In this document: one piece after another, positions 12,230 through 22,490 of the stretch | Layout: each line of letters opens with the position of its first letter | Position numbering within the stretch: the first letter of the stretch is position 1 | NCBI GenBank assembly: GCA_013265495.1 | Contig: MU057944.1 | Location: 1 to 64,000, forward strand | DNA from: Vicugna vicugna | Lineage: Eukaryota | DNA length: 64,000 bases | Direction: 5' to 3' | Translations under genes and position numbers: made by a program | Notes under the pieces: model-generated | The model's database searches: none | What the model saw: the letters and a program-made list of their open reading frames with translations, nothing else | What the model was told of the DNA's origin: nothing

Positions 12230-12565
12230 TGTCGAGCTGGGAGCTGCTGCTTCACGGGCATCTTTGTGAGTCAGCACCACAGCAGAAGACGTGAAGACCA
12301 GAATCAAGACCTACCAGCACATCACTTTGGCAGTTGCTTCTCCATCCAGAACTAACCCCGGAACTGCTGGCGGAACTACCTGGAGTCAGCCTGGACAGCC
12401 TCCAGGCAGAAGGTGCATTTCTGGAAAGATCTGAGCTGGCCTCACCCCACATCTCCTTTGTCCTCTGTCCTCCCAGGATGCTGATGGGGACCTGGGTACA
12501 CAGTGATCCTGACCTGGGATCCTGAGTTATGACTTAGCTAATAATAAATACTCCCTGGAAAAATG
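12230..12565 (+). pseudogene. COX6B1: COX6B1 (cytochrome c oxidase subunit 6B1) processed pseudogene, decayed, with internal loss of about 100 nt
   Basis: From 12279 (ATG mutated to ACA after Kozak-like cagcacc) it reads TAEDVKTRIKTYQ, then after a frameshift FGSCFSIQN*PRNCWRNYL, then SA-DSLQAEGAF-GKI* (TGA 12432-12434). Recalled COX6B1 is MAED..[27 protein letters not shown]...W....AEGTFPGKI*. Intronless; the 3' UTR ccaggatg..ggggacctgggtac.cagtgatcc..ggatcct..tatgactta..aataaa (12543) matches recalled COX6B1 mRNA. Confidence 0.9.
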
Positions 12566-12567
12566 TT

Positions 12568-12596
12568 AAATGAATGAATGAATGAATGAATGAATG
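12568..12596. repeat. (AATG)n microsatellite
   Basis: aatgaatgaatgaatgaatgaatgaatg directly after the pseudogene poly(A) site. Confidence 0.9.
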
Positions 12597-12736
12597 TTTT
12601 TGTTTTTTTTAAAGCAGATGTAAGCTCTGCAAAAATTATGACCTTACATAGAACAAAACAAAAGCAATAAACACTTTTGTAACAATCATCGTAGTACCTT
12701 TGGGTCAGGAGCTGCCTTAACTGTTTATCTCTCTTC

Positions 12737-12882
12737 GTAGTTCTCAAAGTTGGGGCCCCAGACCAGCATCCCCACATCACCGGGGACCTTTAGGAAATGC
12801 AGATGGATGCTCAGGCCCCGCCCCAGACCTGATGAATCAGCCCTCTGGGTGATTTTGATGCACGCTCAGGTTTGAGAACCTC
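12737..12882. mobile_element. MER5A (hAT-Charlie MITE)
   Basis: TIR-like ends gtagttctcaaagt ... aggtttgagaacc; internal gaaatgcag..ctcaggccccgccccagacc. Confidence 0.85.
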
Positions 12883-12924
12883 AGACCTAGATCATCTCCT
12901 TCCACTCTGAATGCAAACCCTGTT

Positions 12925-13035
12925 TAGGTGCAAGTTGCTGGCGTTGCCTGTCTGAGGTCACCCAGCTGGTAAGCAGTGGCACCAATTTGCAGACTCAGGC
13001 CCCTGGCTCCAGAGGCTGTGCTCTGAGCCACGGTT
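12925..13035 (-). mobile_element. MIR fragment
   Basis: tgtctgaggtcacccagctggtaagcagtggc...tggctccagaggctgtgctct. Confidence 0.7.
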
Positions 13036-13409
13036 TGCACATCGACAAGTGTTACTCCCCCAAAACCAGTGTGGGGTGTAAACCACAAGACGTGTGAGGA
13101 CATCAAACAAAATGGTGTGGTTTTCTTTTTTCATATGATGTCTTTTAGAAATTAAAATGTTTTTAAAATCTACATATAAATCATTGGGTTTTCCCCAAGC
13201 TCTTCTTTTCTTTTTTCATGCTCCACCTGCCAGTGGGATAATCCAGCGTGGGGCGGAGGGATGCAGACACAGAGAGGGGAAAAATAGGCCTTGGACTTGA
13301 ACCCTGGGCTTTCGGAGCTGTGTGCTTTCCAGTGCTCCAGGCCCCTCTTGATGAGTTATTTGGATGGATAATTGTAAACTGAGTTGGTAAAAGCTGACTG
13401 CCTTAGCGC

Positions 13410-13548
13410 AGCTATTCTGGGTGCTTGCTAGAATTCGGATTCCTGGAATCCACCCTCAGAGATACTGACTCAGGGTCTCTAGGGTGGGGCCCAGGAACCT
13501 GCATTTTAGCAAATTGCCTGCCCGCCTCCCAGATGATTCTAATGCCAG
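13410..13548. mobile_element. MER5-family fragment
   Basis: gattcctgga.tccaccctcagagatactgactcag..gggtggggcccaggaacctgcattttagcaa..cccagatgattct. Confidence 0.8.
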
Positions 13549-13669
13549 TTCCTGTAACTACCAAATATCAAGATTCTTAGCTGCCTGTGTTCAAAGCCTT
13601 TTCCCTTGCAGTAACATTGCATTTGTAGAGGTCTTGAACCCACACCTGAGCAGGGCAGACTTGCTTGAT

Positions 13670-13875
13670 GCTTCAAGACATGGAGTTGGGGCTCAGAGAG
13701 TCATGGGTTTGAATCCTTACAAACATGATGACCCTGAACAAATTCCTTAACCCCTCTAAACCTCAATGTTCCCATCTGTAAAATGGGCATGGTAATAGTC
13801 CTTGTCTCGTCAGGTCCTTGGTGACAATTAAATGAATAAACATGTACATTTGGCCCACATTTAACGGCTCAGTTA
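13670..13875 (+). mobile_element. MIR SINE
   Basis: gggtttgaatcc...ttaacccctctaaacctcaatgttcccatctgtaaaatgggcatggtaatagt. Confidence 0.85.
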
Positions 13876-13881
13876 AATCTT

Positions 13882-14063
13882 TTTAAGGACCTACTGTATA
13901 GCACAGGGAACTACATTCAATTTCTTATAATAACATACAATGGAAAAGAATCTGAAAATATATATATGTATGTATGTATATATGTATGTGTATAACTGAA
14001 TCACTTTGCTATACACTTGAAACTAACACTGTAAATCAACTACACTTAAATAAAAAGAAAAAA
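13882..14063 (+). mobile_element. Young cetartiodactyl L1 3' end with short TSD
   Basis: aaggacctactgtatagcacagggaactacattcaa...actgaatcactttgct...gtaaatcaactacact plus A tail; aaatctt at 13875-13881 and 14064-14070. Confidence 0.9.
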
Positions 14064-14863
14064 AAATCTTAGATGACCAATAGGCAATTTTAGAACCTTC
14101 CAAAGGTCACTTGTTCAGCTGTCTGCAGACGATGGCTGGGAAGACCATTTCTGATGTGCCTTCTAGGCGAGATGGAGCCTGGCTTCCCCGTGTGAACCCC
14201 AGCACTGCCCACAGCTCGTCTGCCCCTGTTCTGCCCTGCGCTCTCTGGCTCAGGGTCAGGGAGGCCTTGGACATGTCCAGGGCCTTCGACGGCCACGTAG
14301 GGCAGCAAAGAGATGGGGGGAGACCAGGCTCTCTTCATCCCCAAAGTGACCCAGAGAGACTGTGGCTCTCTCTTTCTGGTCACATTTCTTCCAGTCTAAC
14401 TGACCAACTGAGTGTCCATACGACACCGGGGACGTCAGCAAGACCCTGCACCGTGGAGCAATGCCCCCACTGTTTCCCCTAGCCAGCACGGCGAGCACCT
14501 TTTCCTCTCCCACGCTAATCGGTTCCACTAACCGCTTTTATAGGAGATGGTAATGGGTTTTGTGAGACGTATTAAGCGTGTGATCTACAGAATAATACTC
14601 TCCAGCACTGTCGGGAGCTGCGGTGGAGGAACCGGGAATGCCAGCATTGGAAGATGCATGAATTCAGACCTTGATGTTGCCTCACGAACCAGATTCTGTC
14701 GGTGAAGATTTCATCCTCAGAATCAGGACCTGCTGCATTTACGTCCTCAAAATATTTTCCTTTTCGGGAGTCACTGGTTCTCAGTGAAGAACGAAAGAAA
14801 AAGGAACGTGTTTCAGACAAGTGACTTAACTGGCTGTAAATAAATCACGTGAAGGTCCTAAAG

Positions 14864-15120
14864 CCAGGTGGGGGAAACTGCCCGCTGCCTGTCTGGGGAT
14901 GGTCTGTGAGCCATGAATGGTGGTTACACTTCTAATGGTTGGGAAAAACCAAAAAAGAATATTTGAATATTTCATGACATGTAAAATGCTATGTGAAAAT
15001 TACACTCCAGTGTCTGTAAATAAAGCTGCACTGGAACACAGTCACCCCCATTAGCATCTGTGTAGATGGTGTGTGGCTGTAACGTCCAAAATATTTACCG
15101 TCTGGATTTGTAGAAAAATC
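14864..15120. mobile_element. MER58B-like hAT-Charlie element
   Basis: gcccgctgcctgt...gaatggtggttacacttctaatggttgggaaaaa...aaataaagctgcactggaacacagtcac...aaaatatttaccgtctgg. Confidence 0.75.
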
Positions 15121-15147
15121 TCATAAATTATCTTTAACTTTATCGTG

Positions 15148-15244
15148 TTTATTAATTAATTGTATTAATATTTTATTAATGTATTTTATTTATTTTTTAG
15201 TATTTATAATTAATATTTTATTGATTTTATTAATAGTTTATTAA
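15148..15244. repeat. AT-rich low-complexity tract
   Basis: Almost only A/T, T-biased (ttattaattaattgtattaatattttattaat...). Confidence 0.85.
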
Positions 15245-15264
15245 TTAACTTTATCATGATAGTT

Positions 15265-15510
15265 TGCATTTATTCACTGATGCATTGGCTTCTTACTACA
15301 TATCTTTCTGATGACTTAACTTGCTTAATCCTTCTAACAACCCTAAGACGTGCACTCTTATAAATACCCATTTTACCAGTGGGGGAAGAGAGGCAAAGAG
15401 AGTTTCCTGTGATCTGCCTTAGATCACTGGCTAGGAAAGGGCAGAACTACGACTCAAACCCTGGCAGTCGGAAACCAAAGTCCACGCTCTCAACCAGTGC
15501 ATCACACTAC
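15265..15510 (-). mobile_element. MIR SINE
   Basis: cttaatccttctaacaacccta...acccattttaccagtggggaa...agatcac..ctaggaaagggcagaac. Confidence 0.75.
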
Positions 15511-16389
15511 CTTTTACAACCCGCTCCTGCAAAACTATATCCTTACAGAAAAAGCATCCAGAAGGTGTGGTCCTTAGATTTGCCCTTGCAAGTGCCCAGA
15601 TCTCTTCCTGAGAATTAGGGCCCAGAGGGACGGATGCCTTCTCAGACCTTGCGGGGAACGTTCCCTCCTGATTTGCCAGACTGAGACCCAGGTGTCTCTG
15701 ATCTCCTCTTCCTTCCCCTCCAAGATGGCAGGCTCTTCCAGAAACGCGCGGGCTCTCTGAGGCCAACGTGGGCACTGCCAGGAACCCGGATGCTCAGGCC
15801 TAGAAGATTCAAAGGCCCCAGCAAGTGACATCTCCTTTGCCAGGGAGAAGGCCCCCGGCTGTTGTTCTGTTTGCTTTTCTTTGTGATGTATTGTTGCATA
15901 GGAAATTTATTTCTTAGCAATTTCGCTTACAGTCCTTTTGACAAAATGAGGCCCCGGAGGACGGCATCGTTAGCATTGATAAACACTTCACAGGCCCATC
16001 AAGAGCAAATGGAAATGCCTAATGAGAAGAGAAGAATCTGCCAAGTAATTAAAGAGGCCAGTGGGTTTTTATGATTATTTTTGAGCAGTTATGACTGAGT
16101 CTTAATCAGGCAGCACCCATTTTCCTATCCACTTTGAATTTGATTATTAACAACAACAACAACAAAAAACACATTGGTATTGTCAGCGGCAGGCCAGTGG
16201 TCAAGATGCCTGAGGCAGCTTGGCTGAGCAACAAGCTGAGGGTGCCCAGTCCCAAGTCCTGTGACTTCTTCACGGCCCTGAAAGTCTTGCTTCAGAGCCT
16301 GCCCTTGGCATGTCTTTCGTCTCCCCTACTCTCTCTGCTGTCACTCTCCCTTTACCATCCTAGGAGATTTTCCTCCTTGGTTAGTACTG

Positions 16390-16560
16390 AGCATTCCCCA
16401 GATAGCCTTTATCCCCTGTCATAAAGGCCATCCATTTGCAAAATAGCTTCCTGAGATGCACCAACAGCAGAGGTGGACTCAAGGACCAGAGAGGCTGAGA
16501 AACTCGCAGAAAGACACACAGCTAGTGACAGCGGAGATGGACTTGAAGCCAGGTCCTTGG
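16390..16560 (-). mobile_element. MIR fragment
   Basis: ccagagaggctgagaaactcgc..aagacacacagctagtgacagcggagatggacttgaagccaggtc. Confidence 0.65.
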
Positions 16561-16579
16561 ACTGTGCTGGGGACGGGGA

Positions 16580-16788
16580 GGTGGAGAGCCCGGGCTCTGG
16601 TTCCTCTTGGGCCTGAGTGTGAGTCCCAGCTCGATTCTGGACAAGTGCTTTAATCTTGTTGAATATCAGTTTCCTCATCTGTAAAAGAGGATGGTAATAG
16701 TACTTACTTCACAGGTGGTTATGAGCATTCACTGAAATCATGTATATGAATCACATGGTCAGTACTTACTAAGTGGCAGACTTAATGC
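16580..16788 (+). mobile_element. MIR SINE
   Basis: ctggacaagtgctttaatctt...tcagtttcctcatctgtaaaagaggatggtaatagtacttacttcacagg. Confidence 0.85.
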
Positions 16789-16789
16789 T

Positions 16790-17360
16790 CGTGGTTCCCA
16801 AACCGTGCACCAAGGCTCGCTGGGGGTGCCAAAATGATGTCTCTGTGGTGCTGTGGGATATTTTCAATTTTCAAAGACGGTATAGCGGCATCTGTTGGTC
16901 ACTGGGTGAACTGCTAGCTCAAGGTCGTTCACGGTTGACATTAGATGTGGCTACATTCCTTTCGGTGACGTCACTTCTTTGTGAAGCTGGGGTTTGGGCA
17001 GTTACTTTGATCAAAAGCAAATACTAGCAAAATCAGTGTGGAATGGGGACTGACAGCGGTGGAGTCCAATCTGAGTTCGAGGTTGGAGGAGTCATGCAGT
17101 CCCCAGCAGGCACACACCTTCCATTGGTGCGTACTTGTGATTATTTAAGAACCATATAAAACTATGGTTTTGGCTTTCAAGGTATGTGTATTTTTTTTCC
17201 CATCTATTAAATTGTGAGAACATGAATACTTATTGAGTTTCTGGTTCCAACTACCAAATAAACCAAACTTTTAGGGATTTCTTTTGGCCTACGTGCACCA
17301 TGAAGAAAATTACCTAGACTCTAAGAGTGCCATGAACTGAGAAAATTTGCCAGCTGTGCC
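16790..17360 (+). mobile_element. Charlie4a-like hAT DNA transposon with transposase C-terminal remnant
   Basis: TIR gtggttcccaaac; translation ...VTSLLCEAGVWAVTLIKSKY* resembles the hAT dimerisation motif YLCE.GFS....IK.KYR. Confidence 0.8.
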
Positions 17361-17631
17361 CTAAGGCACATCCAGTGGTTTCCCAATGTCCTTTGCAAAT
17401 TAATTTTCTCGGTAAATTCGTTCTGAATGAGCAAAGAAATGGAAGCATACCTTCTTTCCTTACCCTGTGTCCAGCGAGAGTTAATGCATGAGATTTGGGG
17501 AAAGAAGTGGCGCCCTCTCTTCCAAAATGTAACTCCAAACAGCTCCATGGGGGGTTCAGACTTGAGAAACCACTTTTCTGGGAAGAAGAGCGGCTGAGTG
17601 TTTAACTTTTGCCCTTGAGAGTGTTTCTCAG

Positions 17632-17691
17632 CTAACACTGTAAATCAACTACACTCCCCCCGCCCCAAAAAATCCTAAAAAAAAAAAAAAA
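17632..17691 (+). mobile_element. Ultra-short L1 3' terminus (24 nt plus tail) with 14-bp TSD
   Basis: ctaacactgtaaatcaactacact is identical to 14023-14046; agagtg(t/c)ttctcag at 17618-17631 and 17692-17705. Confidence 0.85.
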
Positions 17692-18404
17692 AGAGTGCTT
17701 CTCAGGATCCCTAGCTGCAAAGCCATCAGCTGATTTCAGCCCTAACTTTCGGTCAGAGGGACTTTCCACCCCACCGCAGCAGGTGTGGGGGATTCAGCAG
17801 CTGGCGGGATGGCGGAGTGGCTGGTGTGTGTTCCTGGCAGCCTGCGCTTTGGAGTTAAGATGAAAGCAAGACGAGACACATCCCAGAGAAGCTTCACTGA
17901 TGAGGAGGAAACAGTGTTTGTTTCAAATACACAAGGCTGAGTTTGAACTCAGTGAAATGGAGACAGAGAAGGTCTTTCCCACTCCCCACCCCATGCCAGA
18001 TTGATTTTCACATCTTTCCGCAGCTTCTGCCTCTGCAGCACATGATCCACGGTTGCTCTAATGACGGCAGAAAAGCAGCCACATGCCATAGGGTGGAACC
18101 TAGCAGCCTCCCCAGGCAGGGAGATGCTCCTGGTGAGAGGTCCAAATGGCCCTTCTTGCAGGAGCGCACAGGCATTCTGGAAGGTTCAGCACAAGGGGCA
18201 CTTCTCCATGGTTGGAGGATGGGGTCCCATGTTCTCCCAGGGCTTGTTTGATGTTCAAGGTGGGGGTCTCGGGGGAAATAGTAGCCTGAGATGTCGGAGC
18301 TCTGTGTAACGACCTCTCTAGGGGTCTGGCCCCTGCTGGCCTCCCCAGGTAGAACCTTGCCCGCTGGTCCGGATTGCTCTCTGCTCCCTGCTCCTGGAGG
18401 GCCG

Positions 18405-18510
18405 TGTGCAGCTCCTGCCCTGGCTCAGGCTGTTCCCTCCGCCCAGAATGCCCTTCCTCTGAACACCTGCCCTTTGGAGGCTCAATGCAAACATTCCCTC
18501 CTCTAGGGGG
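18405..18510 (+). mobile_element. L2 fragment
   Basis: caggctgttccctccgcccagaatgcccttcc...ggctcaatgcaaacattccctcctctagg. Confidence 0.7.
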
Positions 18511-18549
18511 TGCACTTTAACATCATGGTCAAAATATTTGTGTTCAAGT

Positions 18550-18627
18550 CATAACTTCACCCTTTCTAATCCCTTGGGCCTCCCTCAGCTTCCTCACCTA
18601 TAGAATGAGGATAAAATAGCACCTAAC
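18550..18627 (+). mobile_element. MIR fragment
   Basis: cctcagcttcctcacctatagaatgaggataaaatagcacctaactc. Confidence 0.7.
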
Positions 18628-18793
18628 TCAGGGCTTCTCAGACTGTACGGTGCACCAGAACCACGCAGGGATCTTGTTAAACCGCAGAGTAGGTCTCCGC
18701 TGGTCTGGGGAGGAGCCCGAGATGCTGCACTTCCAGTGGGCTCCAGGTGATGCTGATATGACTGGTCCAGGGACCACACTTCAAACAGCAAAG
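18628..18793. mobile_element. MER5A/B MITE
   Basis: cagggcttctcagact...gggatcttgttaaa..gcag...ctccaggtgatgctgat..ctggtccagggaccacacttc. Confidence 0.8.
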
Positions 18794-19944
18794 GCTTATC
18801 GCCGCACGTGCGATGGGGCCCGGGAAATGCTGAGGATGTGCCTGGTTCACACCCACCAGTGGCTGCTCTTGTGTGTGACGTGAGGCTTCTCGGGCACGCC
18901 CGCCCTCCTTCCAGGCAACTTGGCCTGGCCGTGTGTCCAGAGCATCTCCCTGTCTGAGGTGAGACGCACTGCTTCTTCCTTGTCCCTTTTCTATCCATGG
19001 CTCCCTGCAGTTCAGTTGGGTTCCCCAACTTCCATGTAGGTCGTGAAGTTCCTGAGTCCTGAAACATCAAAAAAGTGGTAGGTGTGAAGATGCACGCCTT
19101 GGCTTTGATGACGTGGAACAGGTCATGCTGCTGCTTTCAGAGGCGTTTATTCTTGAACGGAACACAGGAGAAGGGTAGGATTTCCTTCTTCGCAGCCCCA
19201 CCCTGGTTTTCACCTGCCTTGGGTACCTGGCCATCCCCGAGGCCACCCACTGTCCACAAGGCCCAGGCTTAGAAGCTTTTCAAGCAGCCGGGCTCCGAGA
19301 TAACAGGCAAACCGCAGCACACCTAATGACCCCTTTTCGCACGGCAGCCCCCCAGATTGAGATCCACATACGCAGACATCAGCCGGCGGCTGCAGGGAGA
19401 AGCAGCAGGAGATGCGCAAGCTACTTATCAGACGTTCTCCATCATCCCCACCACCTGCTCCGATTTCCACAGCAGCACACCGGGTAGTAGCCACTCTTGC
19501 ACCAAAAAAGGAGAAACGCCAGCGATTTTAAGAGCAAGCTCCTACTCTCGCTCTGGGTTTTATAAGTTGTAAAAGGGGCTCGGTGTGAAATAACCACTCA
19601 CTGTCCCAGGCACTTTATGATTTGCAGGCCTCGAGTTTGAGCCTAAGGTCTCCACCTGCGGCCTCAGAAGAAGAAAAGCACAGGGTCGGGGTGGGCACGT
19701 GGAGCCACTGCAGGTAGATGAATTTCCTTCAGAGAATCAAAGTTGTGGACCACCAGGCAGAACTGCCATCTGGAGTTGGGCTGGATGGACCAGCTGAAAT
19801 TCCAAGCCCATCTGCTCATTTGCAGGCAGCTGTTGTTGGCTTTCTCACTTCCGGTGAATAGATGAGGCCAAGATGCAACCGGAAATTGTCCGCAGGCTCG
19901 GGAGAGAAGGAATGGGGTGGAGAGTGTGTGCTTCTTAGACATCA

Positions 19945-20110
19945 GCATTCTCAAACGTCCATGTGCCTAAAAATGGGGCAAGGGAGATACTTGTTAAGAA
20001 TTTAAAATATAGATTCCTGGACCTCTGGCCTGTGGGGGCTGGGGCGGAACTGGGGGGAGTGTATTTTTAACAAGCTCCCCACGTGGTTTTGGTCCAGCTG
20101 ATCCCCGACA
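19945..20110. mobile_element. MER5B-like MITE
   Basis: ttctcaaac...cttgttaa..aaaatatagattcctgg...tgtatttttaacaagctcccca. Confidence 0.65.
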
Positions 20111-20534
20111 CTTCAGCACTAGCTCTGGTGTTCAGCTTAGGATGGTCAAGGAAGAAAGATCAGTGTATTCACTTCCATGGTCTGAAGTGCATTTTCCAGA
20201 ACAGATTCAAGCCACAGAATCTGATGAGACACGGCCCTAGCCTTATTTCATTCATTCACTCTACAAACATTAATGATGAACAGTTCCCCACTTTACTCTC
20301 AAAAGTTCCCAGTCTAAATAATAAAAGTTATTATCTGTTTACAGGCCCTTGTAAGGACCCGGACTCTGAGGGAGATAAGAAATCCTTGGAGGGTTGTGCA
20401 GAGGGGTGATGTGATTTCCTTGGATTGTGAAAGGCTCTGCCTGGTGCTAAGTTGAGAACAGCCTGCAGGGCAGGAAAGGTAGAAGAAAGGAGAACACTCA
20501 GGAGGCAGGTGTAACCCCCCAGGGAGCCCACTGG

Positions 20535-21014
20535 TGCAGCAGACAAAATAGTGACCCCCCTCGAAGATATCCATACCCTTCTTCCTGGAACCTCTGAGTA
20601 TGTTTCCTTACACGTGATAAAACCGACTGTGCCGATGTGATTAATGATCTTATGATGGGAAGAGTCGCCTGGATTATACAGGTGGGCCTGATGGAATCAC
20701 AAGAGGCCGTCCTAGAGGGAGGCAGGAGTCAGTGTCAGAGAGGAGAGGCAGAGGTTAGGGTAATAACGCTTTGTAGACGGTGGAAGGGGCCACAGCCAGG
20801 GAATGCAGGCAGCCTCTGGAAGCTGGAAAAAGCAAGGAAACAGATTCTTCCCCTAGAGTCTCCAGAAGGAACACAACTCTGCTGACACTTTGATTTTAGC
20901 CCATGAATCCCATCTGGGTATCTGACCTACAGGCTCGCAATACAATAAGATTGGGTTGTTTGAAGTCACCAAGTTGATGGTGACTTGCTACAGCAGGAGT
21001 CGGAAACTAAGTGG
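20535..21014 (+). mobile_element. MLT1D LTR, near full length
   Basis: cctggaacctctgagtatgtttccttaca...ggaatgcaggcagcctctggaagctggaaaaagcaaggaaacagattcttcccctagagtctccagaaggaac. Confidence 0.92.
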
Positions 21015-21121
21015 CCCGGGGCTTCACCAAGTAGCCACCTCTACCCCTAACTTTCCGCCTCCTGACTCTAGAAACCAGGGGCTTTGGAAAGAAGGGCTTT
21101 GCGTTTACTGTAAATCTTGGA

Positions 21122-21327
21122 TAGAGGTCAACATACCATGGCCCGCTGCCTGTTTTTGTAAATAAAGTTTTATTGGCACACAGCCACGCTGATTTGTTTA
21201 CATGCTGTCTAAGGTTGCTTTCACTCTGTAACAGCAGAGTTGAGTAATTAGATAAACACCAGATGGTCCTCAAAGCCGAAAATACTTGCCGTCTGGCCCT
21301 TTACAGAAAACATTTGCTCGCCCTTGC
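21122..21327. mobile_element. MER58A (hAT-Charlie MITE)
   Basis: ggcccgctgcctgtttttgtaaataaagttttattggcacacagccacg...tctggccctttacagaaaa. Confidence 0.92.
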
Positions 21328-21399
21328 TCTAGAAGACCCTTAGTGGGTATTTAGCCCCGTGATGACCTCGCCCACGACGACCCCATCATTTCAGAGCTG

Positions 21400-22490
21400 C
21401 TGCACCATCCACAGGTGAGGCCCCAGCAGCCACACCTAGCCCGGCGTGACCCTGCTCCCCTGGCCATTGAATGAATCAAAATGGGCCAAGCAGACTCTCT
21501 CGGATTTGGGGACTGGGTTTCATACAGGGCTTGTGGCTGGAACTGAGAACAAGACTTGACACCTAGTTCCCGCTCAGCAGATATTTTTCGAGTGGGTGAA
21601 CCCATCTGGGAGACGTGGAGTGGGCCTCGGCTGCAGACCCTCAGGGAGAACTGGAGAGATCTGGTCTAGAGGAACAGAACCAAAAAGCAGACGTGCAGGA
21701 GAAGCAGACACAGACACCACGGTGCTCCGAGGGGAGAAGGGCTGGGAGAGCAGCTGGCCTCGTGGGTTTGTGACCTGCTGCTGCGGCGGGAGAAATGGCT
21801 TAAAAGAGACAGACATTTATTATCTCATGGCTTCTGAGGGCCCAAAGTCGGCACGGCTGAACTGGGTTTTCTGCTTAGGGTCTCCTAAGGCTGAAGTCAG
21901 GGGTTCAGTGGGGTGTGTTCCTTTCTGGAACTCCCGGTCCTCGTTCAAGCCCAGCTCGTGTACTTACTGTCTGGAATCTGTGCTTTGTGATTGTAGGATT
22001 GAGGCCCCTGTTCTCTTGATGGCTGTTTGCCAGGGGCTGCTCTCAGCTCCTAGATGCTGCCTGCAGTTCCTTGCCACATGGCCCCTGTCTCTGGGCCCTC
22101 AGGCTTCCAGACTCTTAGGAAGGGCCCAGGCCCTTTTAAGGGCTCGCCTGATTAGGTCTGGCCCACCTGGAACACTTTCCCTTCAATGAACTCAGAGTCC
22201 ATTGATGGTACCCTAATCATAGGAGTGAAGCCCCATCATGTGCACAGGTTCTGCCCACATTCAAGGTGGGTGGATTATGCAACATGTGTACACCAGGGAT
22301 GGGAACCTCAGGGCCATTCTCGAATTCTGCCTACCATCATTGGTTCCGGCATAATTTCTGGTTCCTGCTGCTCGAGTGGCAATACTGGCCTTCTCTCTCT
22401 TGGGCCTCACAAGATGTCCCCAGCTCAACATGATAAATGACCACTCTGGCTTCAGCTGGCCCCCGTGGATTTCTGGTAGAGAACCTTGGC
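21400..22490 (+). mobile_element. Old MaLR LTR (MLT1K/L/N-like) split by a younger MLT1
   Basis: 5' part ctcccctggcca..gggccaagcagactctctc..aagcagac..agaagcaga; 3' part 22340-22490 tcttgggcctcacaagat..ataaat..cttcagctgg..ggatttctg. Confidence 0.5.
21795..22340 (-). mobile_element. MaLR LTR, MLT1E/F-like
   Basis: tggcttaaaa..acatttattatctca...cagttccttgccacatggcccc...ttttaagggctcgcctgattaggtctggcccacc...gggccattctcgaattctgcctacca; same family as 940-1566. Confidence 0.88.

Noticed and set aside
12197..12548. Novel mini-gene or LTR (TATAAA 12197, GTGAGT donor 12266, polypyrimidine-AG 12476, AATAAA 12543)
   Set aside because: Mostly explained by the COX6B1 retrocopy: the pyrimidine tract and AATAAA are its 3' UTR, and the TATAAA overlaps the probable L1 target site.
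14572..14820. Protein-like minus-strand ORF (KYFEDVNAAGPDSEDEIFTDRIWF) after a pyrimidine tract
   Set aside because: No recognisable family, non-ATG start and no clear donor site; more likely non-coding unique sequence.
19424..19433. cttatcagac shared with mature miR-21
   Set aside because: Only a 10-mer, the flanks do not match and there is no precursor hairpin.
21596..22189. 197-aa ORF
   Set aside because: Lies entirely in nested MLT1 LTR sequence with a non-ATG start and no protein similarity.
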